In this document: positions 12,801 to 21,948 of the stretch, in pieces | Layout of the letters: the number at the start of each line of letters is the position of its first letter | Position numbering within the stretch: the stretch's first letter is position 1 | Source of the DNA: Centroscyllium fabricii | Taxonomy: Eukaryota | DNA length: 64,000 bases | Assembly: GCA_051313645.2 (NCBI GenBank) | Contig: JBNRSN020000003.1 | Location: 84,444,001-84,508,000 of the forward strand | Direction of reading: 5' to 3' | Notes under the pieces: model-generated | The model's database searches: none | Seen by the model: only the letters and a program-made list of their open reading frames with translations | Told to the model about the DNA's origin: nothing | Program-made: the position numbers and the translations under genes

Positions 12801-14329
12801 GTTACTACGCAAATCCCACCGACTTCTGCCGACGCGGCGTTGGAGGCCATTAGGATCCACTGGTGCACGGGGAGTACCGTGAGGGAAAGCCTCCGTACAG
12901 TGTCCGGGTGTATGAAACTTTCGGTACTCCCCGAATCGAAAAGGCAATTAACCGTACAGCCGTTTACCTCAATGTCCATTTTCGATCGCGCCTGTTGGTG
13001 AGGCCGGGTCTGGTCCAGTGTCACCGATGCGAGTTGTGGGAGCTCCGTCGTCAGGCGTGGTGATGTCCACTGGTCGCACGCTGCTGAGTAGGCCTCAAGA
13101 TGGCCGCCCTGTGGGAGAAAACGTGGTTCTGTTCCAAGATGGCTGCCCCCGTATTCACTGTGTGGAGGGGGGGAGGGTGCAAGATGGCCGTCTGATCCAA
13201 GATGGCCGCTGCCACAGTCGCCACGTGGGGGTGAGTGCTGGTTGCCCCAAAATGGCCGCTCTGATGGGGCCCACGCGGCGCTGCTGGAGGGGGATGGTCT
13301 GCTCTTACAGACTGCTGCATAATGTCCCTTCTTCTTGCAGCTGGAGCACAGCGCTTCTTTAGCAGGGCAGCGCTGCCTGGGGTGTTTTGACTGTCTACAG
13401 AAATAGCACTTCTGGGGTCGGGCCACTGCCGCGGACGTGAGTGGGGGCGCAGCGGTGGTCGTCTCGCCCGCCCACGAGGTCAGCGCTCGCGCACCATGCT
13501 GGTCGTAGGACTCTCTTTGCAAGTGCGCAGCCTCCAGCGATTCTGCCAGCTTTTCAGCTGCCGCCAGGCCTATGTTACTTTGCTCCAGCAGCCGCTGGCG
13601 CGTATAGGATGACCTGAGTCCAGCCACCAGCGCATCCCTTAGGATTATGTCCTGGTGCTCGGTGGCTGTCAGCGGCCTACAATTGCAGGCACGCATGAGC
13701 GTTCGCAACGCTGCCATATAGTTCGTTAAAGACTCACCAGGCTGTTGTTTCCTGTTCAACAGTAGATGCCTGGTGTAGATCTCGTTTGTCGGTATCGCAA
13801 ACCGAGCTTTTAGGGCGTCCAGGGCGTCCCTGTAGGTCGTATCGCCCTCGATTAGGCTGAAGAGCTCGGGGCTGACCTGGGCCCGCAGGACGTTGAGCTT
13901 CCGCTGGTCTGTGTCCACGGTCAGGCGGGATTCCGCGAGGAAGGCCTCGAAGCAGGAGACCCAGTGAGTGAAGGCCCACTCAGCGCCTGCTGATCGCGGG
14001 ACGACATTAAGTCTGTCGGGTCTCAGGAACTTCTCCATCCTCATTGCAGAAAAAACAATGTGAATAAAACTGATCGGCAGTCGATGGTGAGATGTAATCG
14101 AGGCTTTTATTCACATAGAACAGGACACAGGTCCGACGATCTTCCAAGCCAAAGTGAGAGCACTCAGGTGTGCTCTCACTTTTATACCCAGTGGGCGGAG
14201 CCTGGGGAGGAAGCCGAGGAGCGGAGTCCTCCCAGGTGAGTCCTCCCTGGCAGGGAGACGTTATGTGCAGTTACAGGGAGGGGACACAAGGGGGAGATAT
14301 CTATATACAACATACAGTGGTTTACCACA
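9829..14329 (-). mobile_element. Gypsy element A (family lacking a tRNA PBS), nested in the 3' LTR of the previous element
   Basis: LTRs 9829-10100 and 14071-14329; TSD GACAC (9824-28/14330-34); PPT AGGGGGTGAA. Confidence 0.95.
10166..14044 (-). CDS. gag-pol: Gag-Pol polyprotein, 1292 aa (2 zinc knuckles, protease DSGS, RT YLDN, RNase H, integrase); RT motif A deleted
   Basis: Open ORF with a canonical domain order; ISDMVTSAYHQ versus ISDMVNQIAQYKVFSTIDLKSAYHQ in element B. Confidence 0.9.
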   Translation of the reverse strand: MRMEKFLRPDRLNVVPRSAGAEWAFTHWVSCFEAFLAESRLTVDTDQRKLNVLRAQVSPELFSLIEGDTTYRDALDALKARFAIPTNEIYTRHLLLNRKQQPGESLTNYMAALRTLMRACNCRPLTATEHQDIILRDALVAGLRSSYTRQRLLEQSNIGLAAAEKLAESLEAAHLQRESYDQHGARALTSWAGETTTAAPPLTSAAVARPQKCYFCRQSKHPRQRCPAKEALCSSCKKKGHYAAVCKSRPSPSSSAAWAPSERPFWGNQHSPPRGDCGSGHLGSDGHLAPSPPPHSEYGGSHLGTEPRFLPQGGHLEAYSAACDQWTSPRLTTELPQLASVTLDQTRPHQQARSKMDIEVNGCTVNCLFDSGSTESFIHPDTVRRLSLTVLPVHQWILMASNAASAEVGGICVVTLKVRGTVYNHFKLLVLPHLCAAVLLGLDFQSHLDSVIMKYGGSLPPLTVCSQQFAQREPHTVCGLSTLKVSPPSLFANLTPNCKPIATKSRRYSTGDRLFIKSEVQRLLKEGIIEASNSPWRAQVVVVKTGTKHRLVIDYSQTINRFTQLDAYPLPRISDMVTSAYHQLPIDPGDRHFTAFEANGCLYHFLRVPFGVTNSVSVFQREMDRIVDQNGLLATFPYLDNVTICGHDMRDHDANLAKFLHTAKLLNLTYNEEKWVFRTTRLAILECVVANRVIGPDPERMHPLMELPLPQSPKALKRCLGFFSYYAQWVPQYTDKARPLLKSTSFPLLNEAHAAFDSIREAIAKATMHAVDESAPFQVESDASDFALAATLNQSGRPVAFFSRTLHGPEIRHSSVEKEAQAIVEVMRHWRHYLAGRRFTLLTDQRSVAFMFSNNQRGKIKNDKILRWRIELSTYNYDIRPGKLNEPPDALSRGTCASAQVDRLQAIHNDLCHPGVTQLFHFVKSRNLPYSVSDVREVTRHCPTCAECKPKFFRPSRASLVKATCPYERLSVDFKGPLPSTNRNGYFLTVINEYSRFPFAIPCPDMTIATTIRSLHSIFAMFGYPNYIHSDRGSAFMSDELRQYLLCKGIAMSRTTSYNPRGNGQVKRENGTVWKAISLALRSRGLPASRWQEVLADALHSIRSLLCTATNATPHERMFCFPRKSASGTSLPTWLTSPGPVLLRRHVRAYKTDPLVERVQLLHADPQYADVAFPNGREDTVSIRDLAPSGAPETTGHPTPIPTPTTTTVPLHETLSYGSLIAPVGGTVEMRDGPTHDPHPPTAAPPPTSEDIVRTGIRQQLETAQPSTPETPPRPALRRSTRQTRPPDRLNI

Positions 14330-14402
14330 GACACCATTAAAATCTACTCGAATTCAGTTTGAGAGTTTGCCATTGATTTCACCCTGCAAACGCAACAAGG
14401 GC

Positions 14403-15130
14403 TTAACACCAACCCATTCCCTCGACCCCTGGTGGTGGTGGGACACCCATCTACAGTCGTCTGTACTGTCGGGGCTCTGGGCAGGGGCTTCCTGGTGTAT
14501 GAAATGAGCTTTGTGATGTTGATGGTGTTCCGGGGTTTTGGGATCACACAGGAGTCCACACTCCGATCCCAACCGATCCCACCCCTGCCATCCTGCTAAA
14601 CGCGATCGATACACCCACTGGGCAGATCTTTTCTGACCCTCACATAAACACATAAATCCCTTCCTTGGATTCGCACCACTTATCCCAACACACATTCACT
14701 CCTCCCTGAGAACCCATGATCGTCCGGTACGTGTCATTACTTAGTCTTTCCCAGTCAGCTGTCTGATCCCCTGTATCTGCGCTCAGTTTCCTGAGCCACC
14801 ACCACCTTCCCAGTGGAATGTGTCCCCTACAGCTAAGGCTCACCCGTTTACCCTCTGTTACCCTAATCCGCGAGGTGGTAACCCCTATTCTCGGGCATGG
14901 GATGGATGCTTCACCATAGGTGAACTTCCCATGGCTGGAAAACCGGGTGGAATTCGACCCCAGCCATCCAGGCCATCTTCCCTCGTGGAGTTAGACGCTC
15001 GCCCCATCCTTCGAGCCACCTCCAGTGGTCACAATTGGTCCGTCTCCGCCAATGCAGCTGAAGACAACAGGTTCCTCGGTGTTCCCCCGTGACTCATGCT
15101 GGCTTCAATCATGACGATCAGGACTACCAT
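14403..15130 (-). pseudogene. env: env segment 1 (signal peptide-like start and N-terminal subunit), with stops/frameshifts
   Basis: Acceptor TTCTGTGTGTTTTCAG| at 15161, then GCCATGG with MVVLIVMI.... ...GNGLVLS joins in frame to PTDKVLFQ at 5256 once the Gypsy and one AGGGC TSD copy are removed. Confidence 0.6.
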
Positions 15131-15392
15131 GGCTGACTTCACCTTGTTCTTAGGCGTTCCCTGAAAACACACAGAATGTAACATTGTCCTTGGGTGATGC
15201 CTCACCTTTCAAGCTGCAGCTACACATGATTACATTTGGTATCCACAGCATACATGTAAATCTAAACTATACAGACAAGCTAAGGCAACAGACAGGAGAG
15301 AAAAAAGTTATCTACAGCGCCACCCGTCTCCGGGTGGCCACACTAGGTCTGCTCTACCCTGGGCCTCTTACAACTCCGGCTTTCTTCGTTCA

Positions 15393-16405
15393 CTGGTGTG
15401 TAAGAAGGCGTCCAAGGCATCGTGGTTGCTGTTCTCCTGTAATTACCCAGCCTTCAGGAGAACAGCAACCACGACACCACACAACCCTGCCACAGCAACC
15501 TCTGCAAAACATGCCAAATCATCAGCACAGATACCATCATCACACGTGAGGACACAACACACCAGGTACTTGGTACATACTCATGTAACTTGACCAATGT
15601 TGTCTACCTCATACGTTGCAGGAAAGGATGCCCCGGGGCATGGTACATTGGCGAGACCATGCAGATACTACGACAACGGATGAACGGGCACCGCGCAACA
15701 ATCGCCAGGCAGGAGTGTTCCCTCCCAGTCGGGGAACATTTCAGCGGTCAAGGACATTCAGCTTCCGATCTTCGGGTGAGCATTCTCCAGGGTGGCCTTC
15801 GAGATACACGACAACGCAAAATCGTCGAGCAGAGGCTGATAGCCAAGTTCCGCACCCATGAGCATGGCCTCAACCGTGATATTGGGTTTATGTCATGCTA
15901 CATGTGACCCCGCCTGACGTAGAGTCATCCAGACTCGAACCATCTTTGGCTTGTTCTGCGATTATAAGTAAGAAAAATCCTGGTTTTATAAAAAATCATG
16001 ATGTGGGATTTAAAGCAGACTAACATTTGACCCTTTGTGACTGCAACCTTTGATATGTTGGAAAACCTTTGACTGCTTTGATGTCCCTCAGCTGAGGTAT
16101 GATGTGAAACAACTGGAGAGACCATATTGTTATCTCTCTCTATATATGCTATGTTTAAATGAAACACTTAAAATATGTTAATAAGCCTTTGTGTGTCTAG
16201 CTCTACTGAGGTGAGATGTGGGAGATATCAGATTTCTCTCTTCATCACACATGTGCGTTCTTTAAGTCAGTCTCTCTTTCATCTGACGAAGGGGCAGAAG
16301 CTCCGAAAGCTTGTGATTTAAAATAAAACTGTTGGACTATAATCTGGTGTTGTGTGACTTCTTACAATTGTCCACCCCAGTCCAACACCGGCACCTCCAC
16401 ATCAT
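15393..16405 (+). mobile_element. 5'-truncated Penelope-like element (GIY-YIG end and 3' pLTR)
   Basis: NVVYLIRC..WYIGET..RMNGH..EHF..GLN (15590-15907); tail ...CCACATCAT; inverted 5' junction 15420-15475. Confidence 0.88.
16279..16316 (+). ncRNA. Minimal hammerhead ribozyme motif
   Basis: TCAT-CTGACGA-A-GGGGC(AGAA)GCTCC-GAAAGCTT-GTGA. Confidence 0.7.
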
Positions 16406-16688
16406 GCATATTAGAGTGGCTTTCTAATAGGTTCAAGTTCAACAGGTGCCTCAGGGTCCTCAGTCCCTTCGTCAATGGCCCCCTTCCTTTTCCCAGGACT
16501 GTCAGGCGAACCTATACATTCTGGAGGACTGACAGTTCTTTTGTCACAGCCAACTGCCATGCGTTCTCTGGAGTTTTAACAAACCAGTCCCCCATGCATC
16601 TGCACAGGGCGATCCCTCCACAGAGAAAACACCCTCAGAAAAATCCCACAAAGTCCACAAAAATATTCTCGACTGAGTCCATTCGTCA
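16406..16688 (-). repeat. Remnant U3 of the 5' LTR of the env-bearing element
   Basis: ~94% match to 766-1049; truncated at a Penelope 3' end at 16405. Confidence 0.85.
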
Positions 16689-16693
16689 AACAG

Positions 16694-17011
16694 AGACTAT
16701 GCGATCTCTTCACGCCCGACACCTACCCTTCAAGTAGCGCCGCCGTGGCTGCAAAAATGTCACCCTGACCCTGTCGAACATATCGTCCAGCCATAGGTCA
16801 GGGGGCACAAAGGTGGCGCAACCCAAGTTTGCGGGTGGGTTTGCTGCGCACAACGATGATGTCATCACCGGCCGCGGGGCACCTCCTGCTATCGCCATCG
16901 ATAACTTCCCGCTGAATTTTGCGGGAGGCGTTAGCGGCATCACGCCTTGGCGCTAGGGGGTTTGTGTCCTATTAGCGCCCCTAGGCGATAAGGAGAGGTG
17001 CAAATCAACCC
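16694..17011. mobile_element. Right end of a GC-rich MITE into which the provirus probably inserted
   Basis: GC-rich tract ending GCAAATCAACCC|TA, similar to other MITE ends here; the other end is not in the window. Confidence 0.4.
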
Positions 17012-17602
17012 TACATTTCTAATTTTATAGAAGTGATTTGTAAAAATATTATAATGGCACTTGATATTAATCTTCACATTTGAAGGGATTCATGCTACTT
17101 CCTCCCACACATGTGATCTCCAAGTTCTAGTGCACTTGAGGAAATCTTCAAATTACTATTGATGAGGAGGTAAGTGCCTTCAAATGTTATCCTAAAATGA
17201 TAATTTGTTATCTGATTTGAATTTGACAGAGCCGACAGACTGACCAGCAAAGACTGAAACCAGAGTTATGTAGCGCCGGCAGGCCCAAAAACCACACGTG
17301 AGCCAGAGCTAAAGAAAAACACAGCTTTACTAACAAGTGAAAAACAAGAAAGAGGCAGAACCACTCAGGACAGGCTTATTTAAACGATCCCGCGGTTGGT
17401 GACGTCATCGCGTCGGCCGACGTGATGACGTAGTCGCGTCACCCGGATGTGCGGAGCTTTGCTCCGCGGAGTCCCCGTGGCGGATTCGATATCCCCGTGG
17501 GTGTACCGCCACACAGCTCCCCCCAGAATCCGTCCGGGAGGAATAGTGAAAGTGTCTATGTGTGCCGTTGGGGTGGCCGGATGATGCGGCCGGACCGTGT
17601 TG

Positions 17603-20600
17603 CTAGTAGTCTCTGGTTCTGCGTGGAGTGTGGGCGGGTTTTGTTGCGGGAGGGCGACCGCATTGAGGTGGTTGTGCGGGGACCGTGGTCTCGCCCGCTA
17701 TCACATGTGCCGGCTTGAGCCGGTCTATTGTTACAGTTTCAGTTCTGTTACCCAATTGTAAATCAAAAGTTTTAGCTCCCGCCCGAAGCACTCTGTATGG
17801 GCCATCATAAGGTGGCTGTAGTGGAGATCGGTGTCCGTCGCGCCGGATGAACACGAATTTGGCATTTTTAATTTCCTCCGGCACCCGAGCTGCCGGCTCT
17901 CCATGCCAGGCCACTGGTAGTGGCTGGAAAGCTCGTGCCGGGTTTGCAAAGTCTTTTAAATACTGGGCTGCTGACCAGGGAGCGTTGGGCTCAGCCAGGA
18001 ATTCGCCCGGCACTGTTAAAGCTTGGCCGTAGACGAGCTCCGCTGCTGAGGCATTAAGGTCTTCTTTGATTGCCGAGCGCAGCCCGAGGAGGACCCATGG
18101 AAGGCGGTCGGTCCATGATGCGTCTTTCAGCGTGGCCTGTAGTGATGCCTTCATCGAGTGGTGGAACCGTTCGCATAGGCCGTTCGCCTGTGGGTGGTAT
18201 GCGGTGGTTCTGTGTAGTGTCACCCCGAGGTCGCGGGCGATGGCCGCCCATAAAGTCGACGTAAACTGGGGTCCTCTGTCGGAGGTGATGTCTGTGGGCA
18301 CGCCGAATCGAGCGACCCAGGTGGCGATAAACGCCCTGGCCAAGTCCGTGGTGCCTGTGGTGGTGAGGGGGACTGCTTCAGGCCAGCGAGTGTTGCGGTC
18401 GACCATGGTCAATAGGTGTGTGTGGCCGCGAGATGGCGGTAGTGGCCCGATGAGGTCAATATGGACGTGGTCAAAACGCCTGGCCGGTACCTTAAAATTT
18501 TCCAGCGGTGCCCTGATGTGCTTGTGCACTTTGGAGCGCTGGCAGGCTATACAGGAGCTGGCCCAGGCGCGGACGTCTTTGCGCAGGCCGCGCCATACGA
18601 AACGGGCCGATATTAGCTTAATGGACGCGCGGGCGCCGGGGTGGGACAGGTCGTGGAGGGTCCTAAAGATATGTTGCCTCCAAGCGTGGGGCACGACTGG
18701 CCTGGGTTGCGGTAACGAAACGTCACAGCAGACGACGGTGGCAGCGGGGCCGTGCGCGATATTGGCCAAGTGTAGGCCGGGGAGATTAGTTGCTGCGTTA
18801 AGTAGGTCAGGGTCGGCCAGCTGGTCAGCGGCCAGCTGGGCGTAATCAACCGCCATTTGGGCAGCGTTAATGGTGGGGCGTGAGAGGCAGTCAGCGACCA
18901 CGTTGTCGCGGCCGGAAATGTGCTGAATGTCGGTTGTAAATTCCGACACGGCCGCGAGTTGGCGCTGCTGCCTGGCCGACCAGGGTTCAGCGACCTTAGC
19001 CATCGCAAACGTGAGTGGCTTGTGGTCGCTGAAGGCTGTAAAGTGGCGGCCCTCCAAGAGGAAACGAAAATGTCGCACCGCCAGATGGAGAGCAAGTAGC
19101 TCCCTATCAAAGGCGCTGTATTTAACCTCTGGGGGCCGGAGTTGCCGGCTGAAAAAGGCCAGGGGCTGCCACGAGTCGCCGGTCCACTGTTCAAATACGG
19201 CCCCGACCGCATGGTCGGAGGCGTCGGTGGTTAGGGCTACTCTGGCGTTGGGCCTAGGGTGGGCCAGGAGAGTGGCGTTTGCCAGGGCCGTTTTAGTTGC
19301 GGTAAAGGCGGTGGCGGCGTCGGCCGTCCACACAACCGCAGCCTTGTTGGACTGCCCGCGGGTGGCCTGATATAATGGGGCCATGAGAGCGGCTGCTCCG
19401 GGGATGAAGCGATTATAAAAGTTTACCATCCCTAAAAATTCCTGCAGCCCTTTAATAGTGTGCGGGCGAGGAAATTCCTGTACCGCCTGCACCTTGGAGG
19501 GCAGGGGAATGGCCCCTGTGGGCGAAATGCGGTGGCCGAGGAAGTCAATGGTCTCGAGGCCGAACCTACATTTGGTGGGGCTCAGGATAAGGCCGTGCTC
19601 AGTAAGGCGCTGGAACAGGGTCCTGAGGTGCAGGAGGTGTTCCTGGGGGGAGGTGCTGGCCACGAGGATATCGTCTATGTAGACGAATATGAACTTCAAG
19701 TCCCTGAGGACTGAGTCCATGAGGCGCTGGAAGGCCTGGGCCGCGTTTTTGAGGCCGAAGGGCATCCTCAGAAATTCGAAGAGCCCGAAGGGGGTAATTA
19801 CGTCCGTTATAGGAATGTCCGCCGGGTGTACGGGCACCTGGTGGTAGCCACGCACCAGGTCGATCTTGGAAAAGATCGTACACCCCGCTAATCTGGCGGA
19901 AAAGTCCTGGATGTGGGGTACGGGGTACCTATCCGGGGTAGTGGCATTGTTGAGGTGGCGGTAGTCGCCGCAGGGGCGCCAACCTCCGTCGGGCTTGGGG
20001 GCTATGTGGAGAGGAGAGGCCCAGGGGCTGTTGGAGCGGCGGATTATACCGAGTTGCTCCATGGTGCGGAACTCGGTGAGCGCGATCTCCTGCTTGGCTG
20101 GGTCGAGCCTGCCGGCGTGGGCATGGACGGGGGAACCTGTGGTCGTTATAAAATGCTCTACCCCGTGTTTGGCCTTACGGGCGGTGAACGTGGTAAGGGC
20201 GGGGAACTCTGCCAGGAGCGTGCCGTAGGCATCGGGGTCCCTGGAGCGGCATTGGGCTGCCGCGTGGGCCAGGAGTGCGGGCCCTGTGGAGCATGGGATG
20301 GTCGTCATGGTGTTTAAATTCACCAGGCGGTGCCGAGTTACATCGACCAGTAGGCCGTAGGCGCAGAGGAAGTCTGCCCTGAGGAGGGGAGAAGTGACCT
20401 GGGCCGTTACAAAATCCCAGGTGTACGCGTGGCTTGCAAGGGTAATGGTTAACTTGCGGGTGCCGTACGTTTTTATATTAGTGCCGTTGGCTGCCGCTAG
20501 TGGCGGGCCCCGGGTACCTCGTTTGGTTTCTGCAGGGGAGGCTGGCACGATGCTGTGCTGCGCGCCTGTGTCGTAGAGGAACCTGAGGCCAGTACCGCTG

Positions 20601-20641
20601 TCTGTGGTGAAGAGCAGTGCTCCTGTGTGGCCTACAGACAT
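17603..20641 (-). CDS. pol: Pol (protease DTGA, RT YIDD, RNase H, integrase with GPY), 1012 aa
   Basis: Open ORF with all motifs. Confidence 0.93.
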   Translation of the reverse strand: MSVGHTGALLFTTDSGTGLRFLYDTGAQHSIVPASPAETKRGTRGPPLAAANGTNIKTYGTRKLTITLASHAYTWDFVTAQVTSPLLRADFLCAYGLLVDVTRHRLVNLNTMTTIPCSTGPALLAHAAAQCRSRDPDAYGTLLAEFPALTTFTARKAKHGVEHFITTTGSPVHAHAGRLDPAKQEIALTEFRTMEQLGIIRRSNSPWASPLHIAPKPDGGWRPCGDYRHLNNATTPDRYPVPHIQDFSARLAGCTIFSKIDLVRGYHQVPVHPADIPITDVITPFGLFEFLRMPFGLKNAAQAFQRLMDSVLRDLKFIFVYIDDILVASTSPQEHLLHLRTLFQRLTEHGLILSPTKCRFGLETIDFLGHRISPTGAIPLPSKVQAVQEFPRPHTIKGLQEFLGMVNFYNRFIPGAAALMAPLYQATRGQSNKAAVVWTADAATAFTATKTALANATLLAHPRPNARVALTTDASDHAVGAVFEQWTGDSWQPLAFFSRQLRPPEVKYSAFDRELLALHLAVRHFRFLLEGRHFTAFSDHKPLTFAMAKVAEPWSARQQRQLAAVSEFTTDIQHISGRDNVVADCLSRPTINAAQMAVDYAQLAADQLADPDLLNAATNLPGLHLANIAHGPAATVVCCDVSLPQPRPVVPHAWRQHIFRTLHDLSHPGARASIKLISARFVWRGLRKDVRAWASSCIACQRSKVHKHIRAPLENFKVPARRFDHVHIDLIGPLPPSRGHTHLLTMVDRNTRWPEAVPLTTTGTTDLARAFIATWVARFGVPTDITSDRGPQFTSTLWAAIARDLGVTLHRTTAYHPQANGLCERFHHSMKASLQATLKDASWTDRLPWVLLGLRSAIKEDLNASAAELVYGQALTVPGEFLAEPNAPWSAAQYLKDFANPARAFQPLPVAWHGEPAARVPEEIKNAKFVFIRRDGHRSPLQPPYDGPYRVLRAGAKTFDLQLGNRTETVTIDRLKPAHVIAGETTVPAQPPQCGRPPATKPAHTPRRTRDY

Positions 20642-21377
20642 GGTGGGGGCTGAGTTGGGCCGTGGCTTAAACGCGCATGGCTGGACGCAGCGGTGCGCTT
20701 TGTGGTTGAACCGCGTGTGGTAGTAGCACCAGCCGGTGCTAGAGGGACGCGGTTGTCTAGGCGGGCACGGGGCCCTAGGTTCAGGCGTAAAGTTGTGCCT
20801 GGGGGGTGAATAGCTGCGTTCCGACCGATGCCGAGTTAGGGTCGCACGTGGTGGAGCGGGTGCGCTGCGCCTCCATCAGCCTGTCGGCTTCCTCACCGAG
20901 CTCATCGTCGCTGCGATGGCCTAGGGCCGCCAAGGCCGGTCTGATGGCGCGGGGTAATTTGAGGAGGAAGACGGTGCAAAATAAGGAGGCCGGATTGGGT
21001 GTGAGCGCCTGCATCTGACCTAAGAGGTCCGATGGGTCTGCGTCCCCGAGTTCGGGGAGGTCGAGGAGCTGGCAGTCGCGCTCAAACTGAGAGGGGGTAA
21101 AAATTTTAATAAGCGCGGCCTTAAGCGTTTCATACCTGCCTGCAGCGGGCACGCGCTGGATCTTTGACCACATCCTATCGATGGTCGTCTGTGGAAGGGC
21201 TGTGAACACCAAGTCGTAGCGGTCATCCCCTTGTATGCCATGTGAGCGGCAGCTGGCCTCTATGCAGACAAACCAGGCCGCTGGCCGTTGCTCCCAGAAC
21301 TCGGGTAAAGTAAGTCCACGCCCGGCGTTCTGTCCAGCTCCTTGCGTTCGTGGAGCTTGGTTTCTTGTGCTAACCAT
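20642..21377 (-). pseudogene. gag: gag, frameshifted
   Basis: LPEFWEQRPAAWF...; the frame breaks before the CHCC knuckle. Confidence 0.85.
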
Positions 21378-21948
21378 GCTTTCTGTTAAAAGTCTTTGGC
21401 TGGTGGTCCCAGGTCCTGTGGCAGCTTTTCCTTCACTGGAAGTTGTTCCAGTTCGGGGTCACCACTGTAGCGCCGGCAGGCCCAAAAACCACACGTGAGC
21501 CAGAGCTAAAGAAAAACACAGCTTTACTAACAAGTGAAAAACAAGAACGAGGCAGAACCACTCAGGACAGGCTTATTTAAACGGTCCCGCGGTTGGTGAC
21601 GTCATCGCGTCGGCCGACGTGATGACGTAGTCGCGTCACCCGGATGTGCGGAGCTTTGCTCCGCGGAGTCCCCGTGGCGGATTCGATATCCCCGTGGGTG
21701 TACCGCCACAGTTACTACATTTTTCTGATGCTAGAACAATGGGTTTTTTCTGTTTCTTCTTTACAATTGTGGTTAGGTAACTATTTACATCACCTCTTAT
21801 ATAAAAAATAACCATCTAAAGTAAGTATTTCTTGAAACTTTGGAATAGTAAATTTCTCTTCTGAAACGACATTTAAAAACAGTTTTCATTGTCTTTTCTA
21901 CCCCATAGAAATTCCACTTAACTAAAACCAGGAAAGCGTTTTTTTCAT

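Larger units (their letters stand above)
5257..14397 (+). mobile_element. Gypsy LTR retrotransposon (Mag-like), decayed, 3' LTR split by a nested element
   Basis: LTRs 5257-5469 and 9679-9828+14335-14397; TSD AGGGC (5252-56/14398-402); degenerate PBS TTGACGACAAGG; PPT GAGGGGGGAGGAAA 9665-78. Confidence 0.93.
3..16688 (-). mobile_element. Decayed env-bearing LTR retroelement/endogenous retrovirus-like provirus (lokiretrovirus-like F-type env); gag-pol deleted; carries nested insertions
   Basis: 766-1042 repeats at 16406-16682 (17 mismatches in 277 nt by eye). TG...CA termini. PPT AAATGGGGGA (minus, 1051-1060). The right flank AACAG (16689-93) ends in AG, as do positions 1-2, compatible with a 5-bp TSD. 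Env fragments lie inside. Confidence 0.8.
17269..21710 (-). mobile_element. Gypsy CsRn1-clade element, near full length
   Basis: 245-bp LTRs 17269-17513 and 21466-21710 (2 mismatches); TSD GTTA; PBS TGGTGACCCCGA (tRNA-Trp type); Gag CYYH..C..C motif. Confidence 0.95.

Noticed and set aside
17030-17176. Plus-strand exon ending GAG|GTAAGT
   Set aside because: Good splice-like sites, but stop codons in the frames examined and no recognisable product.
18054-20576. Long antisense/overlapping ORFs shared by CsRn1 copies
   Set aside because: Shadows of GC-rich pol; they are shared because the copies are nearly identical.
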